Shown here piece after piece: positions 1 through 8,264 of a stretch of 34,373 nucleotides of DNA. Positions within the stretch are counted from its first letter, which is position 1, and each line of letters opens with the position of its first letter. The translations under genes and the position numbers were made by a program. This DNA comes from Promethearchaeota archaeon (GTDB taxonomy: Archaea > Asgardarchaeota > Lokiarchaeia > Sigyniarchaeales > SOKP01). Location: positions 1 to 34,373 of the forward strand of contig JAUVXW010000043.1 of NCBI GenBank assembly GCA_030603385.1. Reading direction: 5' to 3'. Under the pieces are notes generated by a model. It did not search any database, was not told where the DNA came from, and saw only the letters and a program-made list of their open reading frames with translations.

Positions 1-695
1 AACATTGAGGAATCTGATGGGTTTTCTGGATCGAAATCACGAGCTTCACCAATATCCCGTATAATTGCAACAACAGTATATTCAAGCCATGTTCCTGTAT
101 TTAACGGATTATGTCCAAGAAATGATCCATTGACAGGAAAAATCCAAACACTATCACCTGCTTCAAAATCTTTCCCTAATTGGATTTTTAATGATTCTGA
201 AATAACTAATACGTTGTCATTGTTGATAGGGTCAACATATTTAAGAAGTTCTTCAATCGAATCTCCATCACTAACTGAATCTATTATATAAGGATCCGCA
301 CCTAATTTTCGTTCATCTGGATCTAGATGATCAATGCCATTTATCCCAGTTCTAGTACTATTATCTACTTGGTTTCCACTATCAGTTGCGCTAACATGAA
401 CATTAAAACCAGAAATTCTATAAGCTACTGATTCAACGTGTTTTATATCTTCGATTTCATTATTAATTTCATTAGGATCAAACCAACCATCAGTACTATT
501 GGCAGATCTAATGAGAATGTCAGCTGTTCCCATCTGTTTATCAATAGTTTCTAGCATCATTACTTGGAATGAGTCAGAAACAATCATTACTCCCCCAAAC
601 AAAGCAACGCTGATGACAAGGGTAATTGTTGTCAGAATATAGCGGACTTTACGTCTTTTCATATTGCGTAATGCGATTTTTAGTATTGCACCCAT
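1..695 (-). CDS. MacB/FtsX-like ABC transporter permease (5' part; runs off the left edge)
   Basis: Not in the ORF track. Manual translation from ATG 695 gives MGAILKIALRNMKRRKVRYILTTITLVISVALFGGVMIVSDSF..., the typical 'ALRNxxRRKxRxxLT' plus TM helix start of MacB-type permeases, followed by an extracytoplasmic domain. The frame is open to the window edge. Confidence 0.8.
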   Translation of the reverse strand, partial: MGAILKIALRNMKRRKVRYILTTITLVISVALFGGVMIVSDSFQVMMLETIDKQMGTADILIRSANSTDGWFDPNEINNEIEDIKHVESVAYRISGFNVHVSATDSGNQVDNSTRTGINGIDHLDPDERKLGADPYIIDSVSDGDSIEELLKYVDPINNDNVLVISESLKIQLGKDFEAGDSVWIFPVNGSFLGHNPLNTGTWLEYTVVAIIRDIGEARDFDPENPSDSSM

Positions 696-743
696 GTTCT
701 TATTTACTCTTTTTTGTTTTTTTTTAAAGTTTTATTTAAGATT

Positions 744-762
744 ATGAGGAATTAATCCTCAT
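744..762. promoter_or_regulatory. Inverted repeat ATGAGGA-N5-TCCTCAT upstream of the permease (candidate operator or 5'UTR hairpin)
   Basis: Perfect 7-bp arms, located between a TTTTATAAAA TATA-like element (about 771-780) and the ATG at 695 on the minus strand. Confidence 0.4.
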
Positions 763-951
763 CTCTTTTTTTTATAAAAATGTTATCAAATATGTTCTAT
801 TTAAATATTTTTTAAAATATAATTCTATACTTATTATTTATTAATATTAAAGTTTTCGATATATCAGAATTAGATATATAATTCTTTGCTTTCTCTTTGA
901 CCTTGTTTTTTAGTTTTATATTGAATTAATTCTCTATAGTACCAATAGAAT

Positions 952-2697
952 CTATTTGAAATTATTTTTAATATATTCCATTACTTTATGTATTTCTTCT
1001 AAATGAGTTTCTCTTTTACCAAAAATATAAAATCTAACATTTGGACCAGTACCGCTAGGTCTAAAATAGAGAGTAGAGTCTTTACTTTTTAACTGGTATA
1101 TATCGATATTATTGTTGTTATCAGATAAAGCATGAATCTGGTAATCTTTCTCTCCGATTACAATAGTCTTTCCATCAAATGCATTAAAATTCTTCATAAT
1201 TTTGACTTTTTCCTCATCAATCGCAGGAATGGTTCGGTTTATCCCCTTAATCGACCAATCAATTGATTCTGAAATGACAAATCCACGACAGATAAGTTCT
1301 GTAATTAAGACCAATGCGGGAACGGGATATTTATCCGCAATTATTGGTAAATCTGTAGAGAACTCAGCTTCTCCTGTTTCTGGATTTTTGGAAACATTCA
1401 AAATGTTCAAAGTATGCCCCCCGGACTCCTCCCAATACACATTTAAATAAGATTCAGTATCTATGTTTTCTAATTCCATTAACTCTAAAATTTGTTGCTT
1501 CAGAGGAACGGGATTATTTATTTTGATTAATTTTTTATTTTGATCTTCCAAATAAAGAATTGCTGTATCTACTTTTGATTGTTCAACTTCTACTCCGAAC
1601 AGAAAATACATAATTACACCCAAATGTTTGTAACCCACACCTGTTAAAATATTTAAAAAACTAGTATGATCTCCGCGTAAATCACTTGGAATCGTTCTAA
1701 TATTTATAATTTTTTTACCAAATTCTTTAGCTAGGATATTGTGCATTGCTGAATATATTTCATTTGGGATATAAGTAAAATATTCTCCATTTTGCTTCAC
1801 ATACAATGCAATTCTATCTCTGTCAGCGTCAAGTAATAGAGCAATTTTAGAATCATTTTGTTCCATCGCATCCTTTAGTTTTTTTTCATAAATTATTTTT
1901 ATAGGATTAGGAGGATTAATTTCTTCCTCGATAAGTATAACATTTGCCCCATAATCTTTAAATAAATCAACAATACCTCGAGCTTTGCCTAAATAAGGCC
2001 AAATAACTATATTTTTACCCTTAATGCTTGTAATTTCTAATACTCCAGATAATAATTTTTTCACATAATCATTATTCTTTTTAATTGTATCAATCTGGAT
2101 AGCGTTATAATCTGTTTTCAGATAAATTTCTTTGTAATTTAACGCTCTTCTAGATATATCTTTAAATATTCTGCCAGACATAGGCATAGGATATTCAATA
2201 TAGAATTTAATCCCATTCCAAGATAATTCGTTATGACTTGCTGTAAGGACAATTATTAGATTAATATCCTCATATAAAGCTACAGATGCAGCACCATATG
2301 GAGAAGATACTTTGGATTCATTTGGAGAATCTTGCTGATGATATATCTGAAATCCATCATAAGCAAAGATTTCGGAACAATATTGCAATAATAAACTTTT
2401 ACTTGGACGATTGTCAGATACGATCAATACCTTTAAATTTTGATTACCTCTTAATTCTATGTAATGCTGACTAATTGCTTTAAATACTCTTAAGAAAAGA
2501 AAGAGCTTACTATTTGGTAGATAATATTTTTTATTTTCTTCAATTATATCACATATTTGAATTCTTAATCCTGATGTGGGTGCTACAATAGGGTCAATGA
2601 TATTTTTTTCTCTTTCTGTCAGCTCAGGTAATTTGAGAGTTTTAATTCCTTTTTCTGAATTCTCTAATTTAATATCTTCTATATTTAGTTCAATCAG
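952..2697 (-). CDS. Alpha-D-phosphohexomutase (PMM/PGM family), start extended 90 codons beyond the ORF track
   Basis: Motifs are TASHN (catalytic Ser), DADRDR (metal loop), WEESGG (sugar loop) and RPSGTGP. The frame stays open upstream of 2427 and contains the N-terminal family motif PTSGLR. The first codon after the in-frame TAA is CTG at 2697, with GGTGA at 2707-2703. Confidence 0.85.
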   Translation of the reverse strand: MIELNIEDIKLENSEKGIKTLKLPELTEREKNIIDPIVAPTSGLRIQICDIIEENKKYYLPNSKLFLFLRVFKAISQHYIELRGNQNLKVLIVSDNRPSKSLLLQYCSEIFAYDGFQIYHQQDSPNESKVSSPYGAASVALYEDINLIIVLTASHNELSWNGIKFYIEYPMPMSGRIFKDISRRALNYKEIYLKTDYNAIQIDTIKKNNDYVKKLLSGVLEITSIKGKNIVIWPYLGKARGIVDLFKDYGANVILIEEEINPPNPIKIIYEKKLKDAMEQNDSKIALLLDADRDRIALYVKQNGEYFTYIPNEIYSAMHNILAKEFGKKIINIRTIPSDLRGDHTSFLNILTGVGYKHLGVIMYFLFGVEVEQSKVDTAILYLEDQNKKLIKINNPVPLKQQILELMELENIDTESYLNVYWEESGGHTLNILNVSKNPETGEAEFSTDLPIIADKYPVPALVLITELICRGFVISESIDWSIKGINRTIPAIDEEKVKIMKNFNAFDGKTIVIGEKDYQIHALSDNNNNIDIYQLKSKDSTLYFRPSGTGPNVRFYIFGKRETHLEEIHKVMEYIKNNFK

Positions 2698-2786
2698 TTA
2701 AGTCACCAATATTTACTATGATGATTGTGAATAGGATTGAAAATCTTAAAATTATTATTATTTCAAAATAGAATAATAAAACAAAA

Positions 2787-3677
2787 TTAATCACTAATTT
2801 GTGAAATTTCTTTTATAGCTTCTTTTAATATTGCTAATATTTTTTCACGATACATGGGTTCAATAGCAATCATTCCATGAGTCTTAATAGTTCGTTTTTC
2901 ACTAGATAGAATCTTTTCACAAAACTCTGGGGTAAGCCTATTTGGTAAGTCTTGTTTATTAGCAATACCTATTACCAGTTTATCTGGATAATGCTTATCA
3001 AGTAGATCATGAATAATGTCTTTTGTTGGATTTATATTCTCATAAGTGGAATCAGTAACAAGTATAACCATGTCCGTACCTGCAGCTAAACTCTTCCATA
3101 AAGAGTGAAATTGTTTTTGCCCAGCGAAGTCCCACAGAGTAATAGATCTTTCGAATTCATCTCCGTCATAAGATGCTATGTCTGCTGTAATTGTAGGCAC
3201 ATATTCAAGGTCTACATCTTGTCCACATATTAATTTTGTTAATGTAGTTTTCCCTACGCCCCCTAAACCAAGAATAGAAATCTTAATTGCTCCTAAAATA
3301 AGATTATCTAATTCCTTTTCAAATTCGTAAAAAATTGTTCGATTTCCTGCCCAACTCCCACTCTCAAGCATTTTACCATATTTATCTATGAACCTTGCTC
3401 TTACACTCAAAATTTTTGAATTAACTATAGCATCATCGTCTTCGAGATCTGTACAAACTACAATAATAATTGTGTCTATAATAGTGTAAAAATATTTGAA
3501 ATCCTCTGTTTGTGTGCTTTTGATATCACTTTGGCTAATTTCTTTCATAAAACCTGAAAAAGCGCTTAAGAATCCTGCTAATAAATCTCTATCTACTTCT
3601 GAAGTTCCGTAATTCCTGAATAATAATGACTTACCGTCCTTAGTAAGAATATTTATGTACTGAATCAACTTTTCCAC
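2787..3677 (-). CDS. Longin-domain / small GTPase fusion (Asgard type)
   Basis: The N-terminal ~125 aa (YINILTKDGKSLLFRNY...DLLAGFLSAFSGFMKEI...IIVVCTD) has a longin-like pattern. The C-terminal part has G1 GLGGVGKTT, G2 YVPTI, G3 WDFAGQ and G4 NKQD. Confidence 0.85.
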   Translation of the reverse strand: MEKLIQYINILTKDGKSLLFRNYGTSEVDRDLLAGFLSAFSGFMKEISQSDIKSTQTEDFKYFYTIIDTIIIVVCTDLEDDDAIVNSKILSVRARFIDKYGKMLESGSWAGNRTIFYEFEKELDNLILGAIKISILGLGGVGKTTLTKLICGQDVDLEYVPTITADIASYDGDEFERSITLWDFAGQKQFHSLWKSLAAGTDMVILVTDSTYENINPTKDIIHDLLDKHYPDKLVIGIANKQDLPNRLTPEFCEKILSSEKRTIKTHGMIAIEPMYREKILAILKEAIKEISQISD

Positions 3678-3813
3678 TTGAGAAGTTTTTTATAAAAGCA
3701 TTATCATTATAATTATTAATTAAATAATAAATTTCAATAAAAAATAAATTTTGTAATAGTTCTCATTTTTAATCTATAGATAACTTTCTATAATATAAAT
3801 TTAGAGAGGAAAT

Positions 3814-4392
3814 TTGATGAACCCTTCAGAAAATAAGGATGAAAAAATTGAAAAATTCGCATCAATCCTCGAGAAATTTGGGCTCGATATCATCACAAAA
3901 ATGGGACAAACTAATTTAAAGATAAATACACTAACTGATAAAGTTGATCAATTAAGTAAAGCAACAATCGATGTAAAAGCATTATTACCTCAACTAACCA
4001 ATGTTATTGAAAATCAAAAAATTCTGGAAGCTGAACTTGAGCTAATTAGAACATTAATTCAAAGATCTGATATTTCATTTCAATCAAAAGATGTGGAGGC
4101 TGAAGCGGTTGAACGTGATATATCTGCAACAGACAGAAAACAGTCAATAATAGATGAATTTAACAGCTTAGTGAAGTATTTGGATGAAAATGATGATCCC
4201 CAACCAGTAATAACTAATTTAGAGAACATAAAAGAAGAAATATTTGTTTTTACTGGAGGTCATAGGATTCTTTATGAAATAGGGCAGTTTAATAATAAAC
4301 TAAATGGTTTAGAGTCTCTTCCCGAAGAAATAAAAGAAGATCTAAAAGAAAAAATTACATTTTGGATAAATAAATTAACCGTAAAGGGATAA
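3814..4392 (+). CDS. Hypothetical protein with an N-terminal coiled coil
   Basis: 192-aa ORF with a GAGAGGA SD. Heptad-like pattern at aa ~25-85 and a helical C-terminal domain. Divergent from the longin-GTPase. Confidence 0.7.
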   Translation: MMNPSENKDEKIEKFASILEKFGLDIITKMGQTNLKINTLTDKVDQLSKATIDVKALLPQLTNVIENQKILEAELELIRTLIQRSDISFQSKDVEAEAVERDISATDRKQSIIDEFNSLVKYLDENDDPQPVITNLENIKEEIFVFTGGHRILYEIGQFNNKLNGLESLPEEIKEDLKEKITFWINKLTVKG

Positions 4393-4394
4393 AA

Positions 4395-5117
4395 TTAGGT
4401 TTTAAATTTATACTTATAGATAATAATTCCAATTAGAATTACCCCTGCAGCGACTGCTATTATAACAGTTATCGAGACAATTAACACTACGTTATTTGGT
4501 TGTTTTATTAACGTTAAAGTTGATATTATCTCATTATTACTTATAACCTCTTGTTTTATCAAGATCCCTTGTTCGTTATAAGTGAGAATGGTTTGATTAT
4601 TAGCAATATCAATAGTTATCGTGTTGCCAATAACATTTGCAGACCAAGCTGTATAACCTTCAATGAATCCTTTCACAATATTTACATCTACATGGTCATC
4701 CGGAATAATATAATACCCTCCGTAGCCTTGCATTAAAAGATTGTTCATGTATTGATCGTATCTAAATAATTGATGGGTTTTATTATAAACCAAGCATGTC
4801 TGATTTTGATATTTTATGGAATCAACAATTAACACTTCATATGTTTTAGTATTGGACTTGAGCTTACTGACGTTTATGTTGACGACCAAAGCATTGATTA
4901 TTTCGTAATACTGAAATATACTTACAACCTCCACTTTAATTTTCAATGGTTCAGGAACTACATTATCATCAAAGTCATATTCTATGAAATCCCCTTCATC
5001 TACAGGGACTGAAGTATCACCGAGCTTAAATCCCGCAAAAACGGGAATTATACAACCGGAAAAAACCAGAAAGAAAAATAAGATATTCCCCAAGATATAT
5101 TTTTTTAATTTCATCAA
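4395..5117 (-). CDS. Secreted, C-terminally membrane-anchored surface protein
   Basis: Signal peptide (KKYILGNILFFFLVFSGCIIPVFA), a VPVDEGDFIEY motif resembling the repeat unit of the 29416 protein, and a C-terminal TM helix with a basic tail. Confidence 0.75.
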   Translation of the reverse strand: MMKLKKYILGNILFFFLVFSGCIIPVFAGFKLGDTSVPVDEGDFIEYDFDDNVVPEPLKIKVEVVSIFQYYEIINALVVNINVSKLKSNTKTYEVLIVDSIKYQNQTCLVYNKTHQLFRYDQYMNNLLMQGYGGYYIIPDDHVDVNIVKGFIEGYTAWSANVIGNTITIDIANNQTILTYNEQGILIKQEVISNNEIISTLTLIKQPNNVVLIVSITVIIAVAAGVILIGIIIYKYKFKT

Positions 5118-5200
5118 AATTTAATGGTTAGCATTCAAAAAAAAGCTTTTCCTAATTTACTTATCCCAAATACAATGAAATTAGGTTTAAAAAAAAATTA

Positions 5201-5782
5201 CTATTCCTGTAATTTTGAAAGAAGCGTAAGCTCACCGATTTTGTGGAAAATTTCAGAAACATTCTCTCCTGTTAATGCAGATGTTTCGAAAAAGGGGGCA
5301 TTCAGTTTCTGGGATAGGTGTTCTGCCATAGGTAATATAATCTTTTTCTCATCTTTCAAATCTATTTTATTGCCTATTAAAATCCGGGGAATTCCTGAAA
5401 GCGCATATTTCACGGCTGTAGAATACCAATTATTTACATTTGAGAAGGAACTTGATCGAGTAACATCGTAAACTAACATCATTCCATCTGCACCATTAAA
5501 GTATGGACGATGGAGCATGTAAAATTGTGGCTGACCTGCTACATCCCAAATCATCAAGCTTACATTTGTATCCTTTCCCATGTCGTTCTTTACAGTGACT
5601 TTTTCTTTGGTAATATTAACCCCGACGGTTGGAACGTATTCATACTGAAATTTATCACCGCAAAAATTAGTTAGAAGGCTAGTTTTGCCAACAGCAGGAT
5701 CCCCGATTACAATTATTTTATAAATCATCTCAGAACGTTCATGATACACTAAATCCTCGTCAGATTTATTCTTATCGTTCAT
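5201..5782 (-). CDS. Rab-like small GTPase
   Basis: G1 GDPAVGKTS, G2 YVPTVG, G3 WDVAGQ, G4 GNKID and G5 ETSA, with Rab-like YFNGA and LVYDVT. No C-terminal Cys prenylation motif. Confidence 0.92.
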   Translation of the reverse strand: MNDKNKSDEDLVYHERSEMIYKIIVIGDPAVGKTSLLTNFCGDKFQYEYVPTVGVNITKEKVTVKNDMGKDTNVSLMIWDVAGQPQFYMLHRPYFNGADGMMLVYDVTRSSSFSNVNNWYSTAVKYALSGIPRILIGNKIDLKDEKKIILPMAEHLSQKLNAPFFETSALTGENVSEIFHKIGELTLLSKLQE

Positions 5783-5857
5783 AATGTTAAATTTTCCAAT
5801 TGATTATTTTCGATTTTTAATTAATTAATTAATGAAATTCGGATATAAAAATGTTAA

Positions 5858-6403
5858 TTATTCCTTTTTAAATTGAATTTGTTTAGAGATTTCAAATTTC
5901 GAAGTTTTAATATTTTCACGAGAGATAAAGTAAATTTTGTCGAGTATAAATTTGATTTCTTTCCAAGTTTTCTGAAAATCTGTAATCATCTTTAGCAATT
6001 TATTCTTCCCTTTGATTTGACCAACGCTTAGATGGGGTCTAAATCTATTTTTATATTTATTTACATCATCACAATCAGGTACAATTTTCAGAATTTCTGC
6101 TTGTAAATTAACTATTAAATCAACAGGTTCAGGATCAAGCCACAGAGTATATTTTTGATGCCCATGGCTAAAGTATTTAAAATTTGATAGAGATAATTCG
6201 AATGGTTTAAGATCTCTACATTTTTCAGAAAATGCTTTTTCAAGAGCTACATATTCAGTTTTAGGCATAAATGGGTAGAGTAAAGTTATATGAGGCATCC
6301 ATCTATGAATATTTCGGTCATATATTTTGCGAATCTCTTGTATTGATTCCCATTTTTCTTCTGGAGGTATTATCACAACAGCAGAAGTATAATCTTTTCT
6401 CAT
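5858..6403 (-). CDS. 2H phosphoesterase (2'-5' RNA ligase / LigT-like family)
   Basis: Two Hx(T/S) motifs: PHITLLYPF and PHLSVG. Confidence 0.85.
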   Translation of the reverse strand: MRKDYTSAVVIIPPEEKWESIQEIRKIYDRNIHRWMPHITLLYPFMPKTEYVALEKAFSEKCRDLKPFELSLSNFKYFSHGHQKYTLWLDPEPVDLIVNLQAEILKIVPDCDDVNKYKNRFRPHLSVGQIKGKNKLLKMITDFQKTWKEIKFILDKIYFISRENIKTSKFEISKQIQFKKE

Positions 6404-6500
6404 TAAATTTAGCTTATTATTTTGTTAAGTGTTTCTTATAACCTAATGAAAATTAATTAAAAGATTTTTATTTAAGAAAAGTCTAATTGTAATTTGAAGA

Positions 6501-7007
6501 ATGAAAATAAAACAAAGGCACTTTATTCGAAAATCCGAGTTAAACGTTCTTAAAGATGAGATCTTAACACAATACAACCAAGAATTTATTGACCAAGTTT
6601 TCCCTAAAAAAACCAATGTAGAACTTATACAAACCGAATCTGGAGATATTTTATTTGCCGTTAACAATGAACTAAAACTTTGGAAGTCTAAGTATGGATA
6701 TATCCCAGTACTAACCCTTCTTTTAAACAATAGAGTAGATTTAAAAACAATTGTAGTAGATTTTGGAGCTGTACGTTATGTCACTAACGGTGCTGATGTA
6801 ATGAGACCCGGAATCACGAAGATTGATCCATCCATCAAGAAAGATGATATTGTAAAAATAGAAGAAGAAACAAAACACAGGGCATTAGCTGTAGGAAAAG
6901 CTATGTTTGATGCTTCAGAAATGGAAACAAAGACTTCTGGGAAAGTTGTAAAGAATCTTCATACAATTCAAGATCCTATTTGGCAATTTGAAAAACAATT
7001 CAAGTAA
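6501..7007 (+). CDS. PUA-domain RNA-binding protein (archaeal MCT-1/Tma20 homolog, DUF1947+PUA)
   Basis: VVDFGAVRYVTNGADVMRPGI...ALAVG...GKVVKNLHTIQDPIW matches the pre-PUA/PUA architecture. Confidence 0.9.
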   Translation: MKIKQRHFIRKSELNVLKDEILTQYNQEFIDQVFPKKTNVELIQTESGDILFAVNNELKLWKSKYGYIPVLTLLLNNRVDLKTIVVDFGAVRYVTNGADVMRPGITKIDPSIKKDDIVKIEEETKHRALAVGKAMFDASEMETKTSGKVVKNLHTIQDPIWQFEKQFK

Positions 7008-7299
7008 ATTCTGCTTTTAATATTGATTCCATTAAAAATCTATCTGATTTTGTTAAATCATTAATAGAGTGGCTTTCTGATTCATAGTAATCTATTAAAT
7101 GCCCACATTTTCTAAAATTACATAAACTGAGTATCATTTTTAATCCTTCTGCTATAATTTGTTTGCTTTCAATCTCATCAGATGCTTTTATTAATTTGAT
7201 AATTGAATTTGACTTCCATATTTCATTATCATGGAGATTTTCTTCTAAATAAACAAATTCTTCAAAGATATCATGAAAAAACTCAGTTTCTGTAATCAA
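7000..7299 (-). CDS. Hypothetical acidic helical protein
   Basis: 99-aa ORF with a TTG start and AGGTGG SD. Convergent with the PUA gene, overlapping it by 8 bp. Confidence 0.6.
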   Translation of the reverse strand: MITETEFFHDIFEEFVYLEENLHDNEIWKSNSIIKLIKASDEIESKQIIAEGLKMILSLCNFRKCGHLIDYYESESHSINDLTKSDRFLMESILKAEFT

Positions 7300-7352
7300 T
7301 TTTAGTTTAAACCACCTTAACCCTTAAATATTAGATAAACTAATTCCCCAAT

Positions 7353-7368
7353 TATTAACTAGTTAATA
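7353..7368. promoter_or_regulatory. Perfect 16-bp palindrome TATTAACTAGTTAATA
   Basis: Seen directly, about 55 bp upstream of the 7299 start. Confidence 0.4.
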
Positions 7369-7843
7369 TTTATTTTTAATACGAATCATTTCAGAGATTT
7401 TTCGTTATAATAATACACACATAAGAGAAAATCTATAAATTGCATGAATTGAGCACTTCTTCCAAGATGAGGCATCGAAATCAGTTGTTTTAATGTTGAA
7501 AATTTTAAATTTTCCTACATTTTTGTTAATTTTATTAATTATTTTAATGTTTTAATTTAACTAATATGATTTAGTTGATTGTCAATAAATTAAAAAATCT
7601 CATGATACCTGGATATCTCTGTGATAAGAGTAAATTTCCAATTGAAATTTTTATAGTCTAACCCCAAGTAAAAAATTTTTAGTAAATGGTTCTGGGTTTT
7701 TTACTTTATGATTTATAAATGATTTTGAAATCTTAGTTTCTTGTGTAGTGTAGAAAAAAAGTTTCATAATATCTGTGTGATATTGTGTTCTATGCATATT
7801 ACACGATGTTATAATTAGACTTTATTTTATATTACATGGAGCT

Positions 7844-7890
7844 ATATATCGATGATATATCGATGGTAAATTAATAAACATATCTCGATG
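7844..7890 (+). repeat. Three 11-bp direct repeats ATAT(A/C)TCGATG upstream of the 7920 ORF
   Basis: ATATATCGATG at 7844 and 7855 (tandem) and ATATCTCGATG at 7880, bracketing the AT-rich TAAATTAATAAA element. Confidence 0.6.
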
Positions 7891-7919
7891 ACTCATCAAA
7901 TTAACAATAAAAAGAGGTT

Positions 7920-8231
7920 GTGTGTGAAAAAATGTCAATGTATAGATCGTATTTATTAAAAAATAACTTCTGGGCAAAAAAAGGAAATGAAAAGTATCCA
8001 GCAGCAGAAAAGGTTTTTATTAAACATGATTCCGAGGTAGGGGGAATTTATGCTATCATTTTAAACGATAAGAAAGGAGTAAAGATGATGGTGGAAGGGA
8101 AGGATTACTTTTTCAATAACTTTGATAAATTGGATTCTTTTTTAAGTCGTCTTCAGCAGAGAAAAGATAATTTTATGAAAATTCTCAGAAGAAAAAATAT
8201 TTCCCAGAGATTAAGGATGTTAGATATTTAA
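7920..8231 (+). CDS. Hypothetical small basic protein
   Basis: 103-aa ORF (start may be ATG 7932) with a GAGGTTG SD-like motif upstream. Confidence 0.6.
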   Translation: MCEKMSMYRSYLLKNNFWAKKGNEKYPAAEKVFIKHDSEVGGIYAIILNDKKGVKMMVEGKDYFFNNFDKLDSFLSRLQQRKDNFMKILRRKNISQRLRMLDI

Positions 8232-8264
8232 AGATTTTTGAAAAAATTTTTTACCCTTATTTTA

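Noticed and set aside
3814-4392. Possible SNARE-like identity of the coiled-coil protein
   Set aside because: No C-terminal TM anchor and no convincing zero-layer pattern; only a generic coiled coil is supportable.
6501-7007. Link between the MCT-1-like PUA protein and the non-AUG starts
   Set aside because: The gene is widespread in archaea, so proximity gives no evidence.
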